Shown: positions 24,227 through 35,143 of the stretch, in pieces
How the letters are laid out: each line of letters starts with the position of its first letter
Position numbering within the stretch: the stretch's first letter is position 1
NCBI GenBank assembly: GCA_977018835.1
Contig: OZ361259.1
Coordinates: 2,790,001-2,854,000, forward strand
DNA: 64,000 nt
Direction of reading: 5' to 3'
From: Minutocellus sp. GHC0000111
Lineage: Eukaryota
The notes under the pieces: generated by a model
Database searches by the model: none
Told to the model about the DNA's origin: nothing
Seen by the model: only the letters and a program-made list of their open reading frames with translations
Made by a program: the position numbers and the translations under genes

Positions 24227-25078
24227 CTATGAGACAAACATCACAAACATTAACAACACAAGATTGGCAATCAGGTGGACCGCCGCCGTGATCGTCGTTG
24301 AAAATCCTCCGGTAAACATGCTTGGCATATCGTACATCGACTTCATGATGTCCATCACGATTCCTGCAGCGCAACAAACACGAAGTACAACTTGATCATT
24401 CAGGAGACTGCGAGAAACTTGTCGTCCTGATGCACCGTCAGAGTTTCGGGATCGAGATACCCCATCCTTGCGCCGGGCGGCCGTTTGAGCGGCAATACAA
24501 GTGTACTCATGACTATGAATACAATGCTCCTGGTGAAGACGTACTTCGGCGCGGGTGCCAGTGAAAGAACAGGAAGGATTGCACTGGCAACCACAGCAAG
24601 CATATTCCTTGCACTGATGAATGTGAGCCGTGAACCTACTAAACTGACCGCGCCAGTCACACCCGATGCGCGGGCATTCAACGACGAGGCTCAATGCCTG
24701 CCTTGCTGCATGTAAGTTTGGTTCGAGATTTGATTGAAGTGGATTTTTTTCTCCGATGCAAAACGTGCAAAATTGAGCCGCCGGTTCACCAAGGTGAGCT
24801 TGGGAAAGTTGATGGTCATAGCAATCGTAGCAGAGGGCATGATTTCGAGGACAAACATGATAGGGAGGACGACTTCCACCACAAAAAGAGCCACATTCGC
24901 CACATAAAACAGAATCGATAACTTTTTCTTTCATCTTATCATCGGCATACAAGAGCTTTTTACCATCTTGCGAGGGCGTAGAGTATCTGACAATGTCAAC
25001 ATATTGAAGAGACGATCCGGAGGCGATAAAAATGTTGCGAGCATCAACGTCCCATCTCGTCTTGCTATTACCTGTCAT
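24227..25078 (-). CDS. RING plus SINA/TRAF-type zinc-finger protein (putative E3 ubiquitin ligase)
   Basis: CGEC...CPRNHALCYDC...CTFC RING-like pattern, followed by CPRIGCDWRG...HIHQC and C...CSFTG...HQEHC; 3' end uncertain. Confidence 0.7.
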   Translation of the reverse strand: MTGNSKTRWDVDARNIFIASGSSLQYVDIVRYSTPSQDGKKLLYADDKMKEKVIDSVLCGECGSFCGGSRPPYHVCPRNHALCYDCYDHQLSQAHLGEPAAQFCTFCIGEKNPLQSNLEPNLHAARQALSLVVECPRIGCDWRGQFSRFTAHIHQCKEYACCGCQCNPSCSFTGTRAEVRLHQEHCIHSHEYTCIAAQTAARRKDGVSRSRNSDGASGRQVSRSLLNDQVVLRVCCAAGIVMDIMKSMYDMPSMFTGGFSTTITAAVHLIANLVLLMFVMFVS

Positions 25079-25433
25079 CTCGGTAAGTGGATTAAGATTG
25101 ATAATGAAATTATCCGCATCGAAATCAGCAGGTTTAGGTCTTTATCGGAGTAAAACAAAAACAGCGAAAGCGCATCTCTTCACGGGAATCATGCTACATG
25201 CAATACATGTCGAAACGAAAAAACTCCTACGTTGGCTGACAAAATTCGGCAGCCGTGGAAGGAAGGTGATGATGAGTGAACTGACAAGTGTTCCGTAAGG
25301 AAGAGACGAATTTGTCTCTTGCGACAGATTCTAACTTGCTAGATCAATAGCCGAGATGCTAGGTACATGTATTTTCAAAATGTAAACAAAGACTCGCAAT
25401 TGAAGTTTTCTTTACTTATACCTTATCATCTAT

Positions 25434-28400
25434 CTATGATCGTTGCGCTGCAATAGCAATGGTAGACGCAAAGAACGCAACCATAATACCCGTAGACGAT
25501 ATGGCTGACGCGCTCGAAGTCTCATCGTCGGCCGTGGGGAAGAAGGTTGGCTCCGGCGTTGGTGTCGGAGCATTCGTCACATCCTTGGAGGGAGCTTCAG
25601 TATCGGACGCTGTCGGAGCTTCAGTATTGGGGGAATCCACTCCATCGACCTCACAGTCAGATGAGACGAGCAAACCGCATGAGTCCGACCCCGACATGGC
25701 ACGGATGCCATCCGATATGCACATGGCCTCGGCGGCCAGCTCCACATCGCACTCCAAGCATTGCTTAACTTGGCAGCAGTAAAATGGCAGAAGATCACCA
25801 CAAAGACCAAAGTTGCCGTCGCATTGGCCCGAGATATCGCAATCGTTGGCCTCGATACAGTCTTGAAGCTTCTGGCGTTCCTCTTGGCATGGCATGGGTT
25901 CAAACTCCACCGGACTTGTCGTTGGAGCATCAGTGGTCTCTACAACAATCTCTTCCTTCTCCTCCTCGGCTTCAACGGGCGCTGCCGTTGGTGCCTTGCT
26001 GGGAGTCTTGGTAGGAACCTTGGTAGGAGACATCGTCACCGGAGCATCAGTAATTACCACCGTAGCCATCGTAGGTGGACTGCTCACCGGTGCACTTGTT
26101 TGAGGCGCAGCACTTGGCGTCTTGGTAGGATTGGGAGTCGGTACCGGAGTAGGTGGGAAGCACTCGCATAGTTGGACAAGTGAACTACATTCGCTCAAAC
26201 CGATCTGGTTCATGTCGCAGTACCCGTTCGGATCAAAACAGATGACTTGTTGGCACAGATCGGAGAAGCTTTCCGTTGGCTTGGGCGTCGGTGGTGCAGT
26301 AACCGGCTTGGCGGTGGGAACTGGAGTTGGAGGAGGAGTCACCGGCGCCAAGGTCGGCGGCGGATTGACCGGTGCCGGCGTTGTAGGTACCGGATCGATC
26401 TGCTTCACCTCGGTCTCTTCGGCAGGTGTTGGTGCCGGCACGATCACAACATTGTACCCGCCGGTAGTAGTACCTCGGCATTCCTTGGGATCACTGGAAG
26501 CGCACTTGCATTCACCGACGTTCGGTACAGCAGAAAAGGCAGCTTCGGCGCAAGTCAAGCCCTCATCACAGCACTTGTCGCCGGTGCAGGGCTGACCGTA
26601 TGTAAGGAGACAGGGGTTGCCAATCTGTCGAGGACTCGGAAAGCATCCGATGAAAGGATGGCACGTCAGTCCCTCACAGCAGTTGAGCTGGGGAATGTTG
26701 GCTGTCGAAGAACATTGGGAGACGCCCTGGCGGACGCAGTCTTGGGCGGCGGCCGAGGAGAACATTGTGGAAAGAAGAATCGTACCGATGCCGGTCGGGA
26801 CCATGGCATCCTCGCCGGCGACGGTAGGAGCAGCCGTCGGAACGTTGGGGACAAAGGTAAACTCATCACTGGCATCCAATGGCTCGGCATTCGGTACCGA
26901 CGTCGTCGGTACCCGTTCCATGGTGGGCTCGAAGCTATCGTCAAAGACGTTGTGGATGGTGGCGGTAGGCTCGTCGGTCCCCATCGCCTCCTCGGGTATC
27001 CCCCGGCTCTCCACCTGCACCGACGCCTGGCCCGTCGCCAGGGACGACAAAAGGATCACGCCGACGCCGGCTCGTCGTCCGCCAAAGACCCATGCTGCTG
27101 TTGTGATGGCAGCAACGTTGGTGAAGCGAGGGAGTCCCTTGGCTACGGCAGAGGATGTAGGCATACTAGTATCCTCGCCCTCCTCATCCTCGCCATCGGC
27201 GTCATCTAGCATTGGGCTTGCCGTAGGAACCGAGGTATCCTCAACGACGGTCATACTACTAGGGACGGCAGTGGGGACATTGGGGACAAAGGTAAACTCA
27301 TCGCTGGTATCCAACGGAACGGCATTCGGCGCCGACGTCGTCGGGACACGTTCCAGGGTGGGTTCGAAGCTGCTGTCCCCCGTGGGCTCCTCGGTGAAGA
27401 AGGCGTCTTCTGGTACCCCCTCGCTCTCCACCCCGGCGGCAGCGGCATCTTCCGGCACGAGCTCCTCCTCCTCCACTTCCATCATCATGGGCTCCGTTTC
27501 GAGGATGTCCACCTCGGCCTCGCCGGGTACTCCACGAGTACTGGCACCATCGCCTCCTCCATTGCCGCCATGCTCCGTTTCCGATGGACGAATTTCGTTG
27601 AATTCCGGCTGCTCGCCATTGCTATAGTTGTTGATCACCGGCCCCTCCTCCTCGTTGGCCTCCTTGTCCCACCAATTGTAATGCTCGTTGGCCACGTAGT
27701 TGGAAATGGTATCCCTCACGTCGTTGGTAACCCCCTCGACGGTGGTGCAGGAATCGCACACCTCTACTAGGAAATAGGGACACTCCAGGTCGTCCTCGAT
27801 GCCGACCTTGTCGCAGAAGGTCCAGGGTCCCTCGACGCAGAGGCGGGCGCAGAGGGCGGTGGAGGCGTCGGCGCTTAGGTGGAAGTCGGTGGTCACTCCC
27901 TCCGCCGTGTTGGTGTTGGCTGGTGCATCGGCCATGTTGATAATGGTGGCACCTTCTTCGGCGGTGGTGACAACGGCGGTTTCCTCATTGGCCTCAATGG
28001 TAGTGGTGGTGCCCTTCTTCTCCCACCAGTTGGTCGGGTTGGCCTCGATGTATTGCCTGACGGTCTGCTGGGCCTCCTGCATGATGGCCAATTCGTCTAC
28101 ATCGTCTCCACCGACGCTATCGGCCCCCACCGCGTCGGCGGCATTGTTGCTCATCCCTCCATTTCCTCCGTTCCCAGCGCCATTATTATTATTGTCCGGA
28201 CCGCCAAATTCGTACTCGGCATCCACGCAGTTGTCGCACACCACGGCCAGGAACCAGGGGCATTCCAAATCCTCCTCGATGCCGTTGTCCATGCAGTACT
28301 GGAAGGGATCGAGGCACATGGACGGACACATGCCGGTGGCGACGTCTTGGTAAGGTGCCGCTTGCGGTTGCTGCAGATTCCGATTGCGATCGGGGGACGG

Positions 28401-29173
28401 CTCTAGTTTGGCATTCTTAGATACAAATGATTTGGCACGATCAGCAGTACCAGTAGAGCTGCCAAAAGTAGCTATATCAGACGAGGACGAGGACGAGCAG
28501 CCCTGGCACAGATTTTGGCGGAGCATGGCGCAGGAACGGACCGACCAGGCATTGGCCGTGCAGTGCGCGTCGAGGTCGGAGCTTTTGTGGAAAGAATACA
28601 TACAAACAAAGCGGTGAGGTTTACGAAGCAAAGTAACAGCGAGAGCAGTCCTGGCAACGACCCAGCAAACCTTCGCTTGGCATGCGCATGTATGTAGGCG
28701 CAATTCGATGCAATGCACGACGATGAATTGATCATTGCATTGGTGCATCCTGCATGCAATTCAACCCTATTGGCAGACGATGGCCCTTCTTCCGGACATA
28801 CATGGGTACTAGTATGTGACGGGCGGAGGCTTGTTCCAAAATTGGAAGGAAAGAAATGGAGCACGAGATGTGCTGCTTTTTTCCCTTGCCTTTCAAAACG
28901 AAAGATACGACACATACATGACCGACTGATCACAACCAACTGTCGGTTCAAATGCAAGACTTACCACAGCGGCGCGCAGGTTCCACCATCTACTGGCATT
29001 AGCATTGGTTCGGCATCGATGGCAGCACCGTCGTGCCGTATTATTCTCTCCTGCTCCTGCCCCTGCTTTGTGCTGGGAGGAACGACCGACGACGATGATG
29101 CGGCCTCGGCATAACCGCGACCGGCCACAGCAGCGACGAGGGCCAGGGCGGCGAGACGGCGGCGGCTGCTCAT
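25434..29173 (-). CDS. Secreted, probably GPI-anchored Pro/Thr-rich cell-surface protein with six-Cys repeats
   Basis: Exon 1 29173-28965 (signal peptide MSSRRRLAALALVAAVAG); intron 28964-28582 (GTAAG...AAG); exon 2 28581-25434. Splicing rebuilds a Cys motif that matches later repeats. PT-rich stalks and a hydrophobic C-terminal tail. Confidence 0.8.
26833..27375 (-). repeat. Internal duplication of about 110 bp in the surface-protein gene
   Basis: SFEPT(L/M)ERVPTTS(A/V)PNA(V/E)PLD(T/A)SDEFTFVPNVPTA occurs at about 27270-27375 and 26833-26945. Confidence 0.9.
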
Positions 29174-29808
29174 GGTACTAGCTAGTAGCTCCAGTGATGC
29201 AGTGGGTGATATGTGCTGAGGGAGGTGCGGTCCTCTTCTTCGCACGCACGGGCATGGAGCAGATACCAAGGCAAACGGCACAATCAAATGAAACATGGAC
29301 GATGACACGATGACCGCATCGCAGGAAATTCAAATTTCGCCGAGGCTGCCGAGTCGTGATAAAATTTGGGCGAGTCCCGGGAAATGGAGGATCAGCGGGC
29401 TGAACAGATGTGGTGGTGATCCGCAACAGAAAACAGGAATCTCTTCTTTACATCCTTATCCTTATCTGGTACTCTACATCTAATTAATCGATCCAATAAC
29501 TCCTACGTAGTAGAGTCCGGGATGTTGTAAACAGTAGCGACCGCTTACATGTACATAACAATTTTCTACATAGACGTTTTACAGGATCGGCATAATCAGT
29601 AGATCAGTAGATGGGAAGCGAAGAAAGTAGTAGAAGCAAAGCCAGCCGGAAATAAGCATGTACACATGTACAAACACCTGCTTCTGTCCCATCTCTAACC
29701 TTCCCTGGCCAATCGTCTTTGCGTTAGGGACATGGCGCTGAAAGCAGAGTCCATGGTGGCATAAACACATTCATATTTGTATTTACATGTCCTTGTCTAC
29801 TAGCACAC

Positions 29809-30678
29809 CTACATGCACGATATTTGTGTTACAATAGCCACAATGAACAGAAACAACGCGACCGCAATGCCAGTAGACGACGTCGCTAACGCGCTCCAAG
29901 TCTCATCATCGGCCATAGGCGCATCCGTCGGTGCTGGTGCCATCATCGGCGCTTGAGTTGGGGGCGCGGGCGTCGTTTTTGCCTCCTTAAAGACCGCCTG
30001 GGCTGACTTGACGGTCCTCAAACCAGATGCGATCATGTCGTCCGTCACAGCCCTGAGGTTGGCATTGACAAAGTTGGGAGAGTCATTGGCGTAATCGTCC
30101 ACGACGATCGTTCGGGACGACCACGTGATCCGGAAGATGACGCGCAGCTTCCAACTCAACTTGGGAGGTGCGTCCTCATCCAGTTCTTCTTCTCTTCCTG
30201 TTTCGTCCTGACCGCCTCCATCTGCTTCTCCGGCATCCTGCAAAACTCGGTCATGGAGCAGGTCAAAGATGGCAGCTGGACCGATGTGACGGAGATTTCT
30301 CCTCCGCTCTCGCTTTCCGAACCGATCAGCAACGACAGAGGAAGCTTCCAGAAGGGATTGGCCCGTCATCTCGCATTTGGTAGTGATCAAAGACGATGGA
30401 TCGTCGGGGTCGACAAGGCCCTCCCCGGGACCGTAGTAGGGGGTGTACGATTGATACAGGTCTTCAAAGACGAGAGCTTCGAGGTCCGTAAAGACTTTCT
30501 CCTCCGTCAGCAGTATGTCCTGCTGGTAGAACCCTGTGATGGTCGACACGGGCGGCCCCAAGGTCGGTTCCTGCGTTGGGCCAGGGGATGCGACCTCGTC
30601 GGTGGCGGCGGCGGCCCAGCCGTGACCGGCCACGGCGAGCACGAGGGCCAGAACGGCAAGAAGGCGGCTGCTGCTCAT
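29809..30678 (-). CDS. Secreted/anchored protein with RXL-type motif; shares termini with the adjacent gene
   Basis: Signal peptide MSSSRLLAVLALVLAVAG; RRRRNLR and RVLQ; PT-rich segment; hydrophobic tail ADDETWSALATSSTGIAVALF. Confidence 0.8.
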   Translation of the reverse strand: MSSSRLLAVLALVLAVAGHGWAAAATDEVASPGPTQEPTLGPPVSTITGFYQQDILLTEEKVFTDLEALVFEDLYQSYTPYYGPGEGLVDPDDPSSLITTKCEMTGQSLLEASSVVADRFGKRERRRNLRHIGPAAIFDLLHDRVLQDAGEADGGGQDETGREEELDEDAPPKLSWKLRVIFRITWSSRTIVVDDYANDSPNFVNANLRAVTDDMIASGLRTVKSAQAVFKEAKTTPAPPTQAPMMAPAPTDAPMADDETWSALATSSTGIAVALFLFIVAIVTQISCM

Positions 30679-31331
30679 GGTTTTACTCCGTCGATGGCGT
30701 AGTGGACGATACTAGCTAGTATGCGCTGAGAGAGGGGGAAATGAGGTCCTCTGACTCACTACCAAACGGCAAAAAACCATGACACCATGACCAGCCACGA
30801 ATAGCGCTCTCAACAAAGTGAAAGCCGCATTGGTACTGGCCAACGCGAACAAAGCGCGACGTGGCACCTTCATTCTTTGGTTTCGTAATCGGAAAACCCG
30901 AGACCAAAGAATGCTCAAGTTCTTCGCTTTCGTATTGTAGAGAGTGCGATTCGGCCGATTCGTTTTCGGTTCGGCCGAATGGTAAAATTGCCCCCCGATT
31001 CCGCAGAATCGGGAATTCTCCGGTTTCGGTCCAACAGATGGACTGACTGACGACGCACAGACCCCGGAAATGGAAGACCCGGCACAGCACCATCTGCCAG
31101 CCGGATGACTCGCATACTTTTGGTCGCACTTTCGGTGGCCGGCCGGCGCGCGAAGCAACCGACCGGCGCGCCCAACGCGAGCCACCATGGCGGCAAAAAT
31201 TCAAATTGCCGCCGCTACGTGCAGAACGAAGGCGATATCTCGCGCTGGTGTGGGAGAATTACGGCACGAGACCAACCAGGCACTCCCGACATCCTGGTGA
31301 TGTTCCCGTTGGTCTCGATCCATAATTCTCC

Positions 31332-33055
31332 ATGAGCAAAAAAAATAACTGCCGCAATCCCGCGGTCAACACCGCAGACAGAGTTGCGGTGCGCAGGAGC
31401 AAGCAAAATCTCCAATGTCCTGAAGTGCCTCACCTAAAATGGGACCAACTCGTCAACACCGCAGACAGAATTGCGGTGCAGGACGCCCTGGCTGAACTAC
31501 TCGTCCGTCTTCGCAGAAAGGAACTTCATTACTACAATTTCATCGGCAACAACAACGACTCCTTGATGAATGTGTTGGGATGCAGTCCCATCATGTGCGG
31601 CGCCGTCATGTACACTGCGGGCATCTTGGGTTTGAAGAAGAAGAAACACGAAGACTACGATGTGTTTTTTGTGAGGACAGACAACCAGAATGGATGGGAT
31701 GAAATGGTATCAAGACACTGCCTTGCCGACGACGTTCAGCGAACCCCACACAAAAAGAGCATGTTTGTTGTTCGCCTCGGTTCCATCAATCCTCGTGCAG
31801 CCGACGCTCTCCATGATGATGGATGGATGGCTTTCGACATGGTCACGGTCGAGCAACAATTTCGCCTCGAAATACCGCCGCCGCGGCTCAATTTGACGAA
31901 GGCATGTAATGCATTCCTCAAGTCGGTCGCACCACACATGTCGGTGGGATGTGCGGCGATGGACTGCTGCGAAATCAACAGGCAGATGTTGCTCGAGGCC
32001 CAGAAGTTCCCTGGTGGGTATAATGGCCAGGACGATGGGTGGGACAATGACGACGATGTTGGGACGGTGGGCACCCTGACCACGACGGAGGCCGGCGAGA
32101 TCAGTGAGGACGATGACGACGAAGACGAGGACTGTGTGCCCTGTTATGAGAGGACGAAGCTGACATTGCAAGAGAGGACGCTACACATGAAGCATGCATG
32201 CAGCAGCACTTTGAGAAGAATCGTCAGAAGCACGGTGATGGCGAGCCAGAGATGGGAGCTGTCGATGATGCCGAGGATGACGATGCCCCTCACTTCCATT
32301 TCCTGAAAAAGGCCGGCATTGAGGCGGCCGACTCAGGTAAAATAAGGGCAGTGCTGGCAGAATGCTGGAGAGCTTTATCTATTAATATTTCTGATGGCAA
32401 CAACAAGAAGAAACCAAGGACAATAGAGTTCATCCACCATAACACCTCCACCAAAGGAACTCTCCTAGAGCACAATCGCGAGGAAGATGGCATGACGGAT
32501 GACGACATCAAAGAGCTCTGCAAAGCTTGCTCTAATTTGCTCCACACTCTTGACGCAATGTGTTCCAGGTTTCTGAAATGGCACATGAAATGGGATGATG
32601 AGGCAAAGAAGGCTGTGAGAGAGCTTGAAGCATTGATTGCAAGTGCCCTCAAGCAAGCACGGGCAATCGGTATTAGCATAACGCCCAAGTGGCACTTACT
32701 CGAAGATCACATCTTGGACCAACACATTTGGCTAGTGAAGAATGGATGGGGCGGCATCTGTTGGCTCGACGAATCGTTTGTAGAGCGAGCCCACCAAGAG
32801 GGCGTTAAGGAAGATCGTCGGACTCAGGGCGTCAAGGGATATGAGGCCCAACAGACGGCGCAGTTCAAGGCTGAGGAGAGGGCATCCAATCCAAAGGTCG
32901 AGGAGAGGCGGGAGCGAAACTCTCGGGTGGCAAGAACAAGGAAAAGGACAAGGACCGAAGCTGTTAAAGCAGAAACTGATGACAAGCGCCAACAAATGAT
33001 CATGATGGCCACCGATGGAGATGAGGATGTAGAGATGGGAGCAGGGCATGTGTAA
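31332..33055 (+). mobile_element. Degenerate DNA-transposon transposase (Transib/RAG1/Chapaev-like C-terminal motif), frameshifted and apparently internally deleted
   Basis: ITPKWHLLEDH...GGICWLDESFVERAHQ fits the TPKxHxxxxH...GxGxxxExxxExxH catalytic-Glu region. Two ORFs (31332-32306 and 32198-33055) lie in different frames. Termini not identified. Confidence 0.62.
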
Positions 33056-35143
33056 AATTAGAAAATGAAATTACACTGCTGCTACACAATAACAAATGAG
33101 TTGCACAATCCAACTTTTACAAAATCAGCATCGCGATTGAGCAAAAAAGTAAATAGTGCACCCAAACAAACACATCACGTCCTTCTTAACTCACCCATTT
33201 ATCTCCCAGACCAAAAAGTCCCTTTGTCGGGTTGATTGTTGCATAAACTTATCCCAATACTATCTGTCTCTCCTCGGGCGCAAAATCATTGTCGGAATTC
33301 CGGGAGGTCGAGTGGGGATGCGATCGGTCGGGATCAGCGAGAGTCGGTCATACGGGGGGTGCGGCGCAATCCCGGCAGTTTATCATCAACAACAACGTGG
33401 GAAAGTACCAGAGGGTCTGGGGCATCACAACGGGAGCACGACGAGCACAAAGACGGAGCAATGGCACCACCCCCAGAGAAAAACGAACGGCCGACAGATG
33501 GAGGAAAAGCAGGCCGATGGTTCGTGGCGTTGATACGCAGCGGAGGCCAATCTGAGGATACAGTAAGCTTCAACTACATCCAAACATGATAATGAATGCG
33601 TATTTGGTACGAAAATATAGTTATACGCCGGCGCAACGCCGACGGACCACCATGGTGTTGGACGGTCAAAGAATGGGTGACGAACGAGATTGGGTTTTGG
33701 TGGGTTTCTTCGTGACGTGTTCGTCTTCTGCCGAAAAACGCTTCATCCGACCGGCGAAACAAGACGAGATGGGGCTGTGCCGGATGCGGAAGCATGTAGG
33801 CCTAGCTGTCGGCGCCGCGGCCGCACGCACTCGTCGAAGCAAAAGGACGACGGCGTCCATGACGAAAGAAGTCAGCGGCAGCGGAGCAGCTCCCGTATCG
33901 CTGGTCGACGCCAAGCTCCTACTACGCAGTATGCTGCATTGGTTCGACCGTCACCGGCGTCAACGCAAACTGACCCTGCGGTCGCCGCAAAAATGGACTG
34001 CAATATCGTTTGGTTTCCGGCTGGGCATGTGCGAGCTCTCCGAGCTAGGCAAAAGCGGCACAACTCAACTCCTTTTGCAGTGCGTAGTTGTCGGGCGACT
34101 GGTGCATGTTCATGTGTCATTGTGGGGCGTCAAATAAATGATTCCATCCACAAAGCTACAAGGGATGATGGATGCAGCACACAATGGATGCATTCACTTA
34201 TTACACGGATTGCTTCGATTCGCATACATGTACGGAACGGAAGTACACTGACTCGCGCGCATGCACATGCGTTCCGGCTTCATGGAGAGCTTTCCAACGC
34301 GCCATTGCATGGTGAGATTGGCCCAGTGCTTGCAACGCAACGCTGTGGTTGGTACATGCTATGCCGTTGGGCGGTGGCGTGTAGGCGGCGAGTTCAGCTC
34401 TGGAAATCGATGCACGTCTGAACGTTTCAGTTCTTGAAACGTCCAGCTAGAATGTAGCGGATGCCGACAGCACGACTTGTACCCGAGCATATCTCGGCCC
34501 GTACTTGCTCGATTGGGACGGATGGACAGGCGTTGGAAAGCTCCCAAAGCGCTCGACATGGTGAAATACTTCGGTGCTCTTATTTTGCCTTATGTTTGAT
34601 CCTATCTTTGGTGGACGGCAACCCTTGGCCGGTGGAGGGTACGATCGCAACCCAAACTTGGCCAATTGGTCCATGCGACGGCTCGTTGGAAAGCCCTTGA
34701 TGAGCCGGAATGCACGAGACCCCATTTGTTGAGCTGATCGGTCTATAGTTCAGAGCGGCATTTATTTTCTGCAGGCTACGTTTTCAACCCATTGCCAACC
34801 CCTTATCAACCCTTTGTGCCGGTTGTGTGGCCAGAAGGATACCAGAAAAAGTGGCGAGAATCGCTGGGGAAGGGGGCAGACGAGTGATTCTTGTTGCCTC
34901 TTATTGTGGCGGGGTGGTTGGTGGACCGATGGCATACTGGGACTGGGGAGTGTATATTTGGAGACCTGGGCAGTTTTTTTTTTCATAATGTCGGTGTCAT
35001 GCTGACGCCTTGCGCAGACGGTGGAATCAGCCACGGAGGAGGTGTGATACGACGAAGCAGAGGCTTGCTCTTCAAAGCGAACGGATTCGAGTTGAGTTGA
35101 GTTCTCGAGGAGATGCCGATAGCAGAGGTAGGCATTCGCATCA

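Noticed and set aside
28472..28957. 161-aa ORF and the 5' part of the 1104-aa ORF
   Set aside because: Mostly within the inferred intron 28964-28582; the true start is probably 29173.
30880..33570. Terminal inverted repeats for the transposase relic
   Set aside because: No matching left and right termini found by eye.
33860..33990. LLRSMLHWFDRHRRQ, reminiscent of the MutY N-terminus
   Set aside because: No downstream VSEVMLQQT or HhH motif; too short to support.
34287..34696. 14-bp inverted repeat GAGCTTTCCAACGC (34287 and 34530) plus a partial third copy
   Set aside because: No TSD or other element features seen; a MITE cannot be supported.
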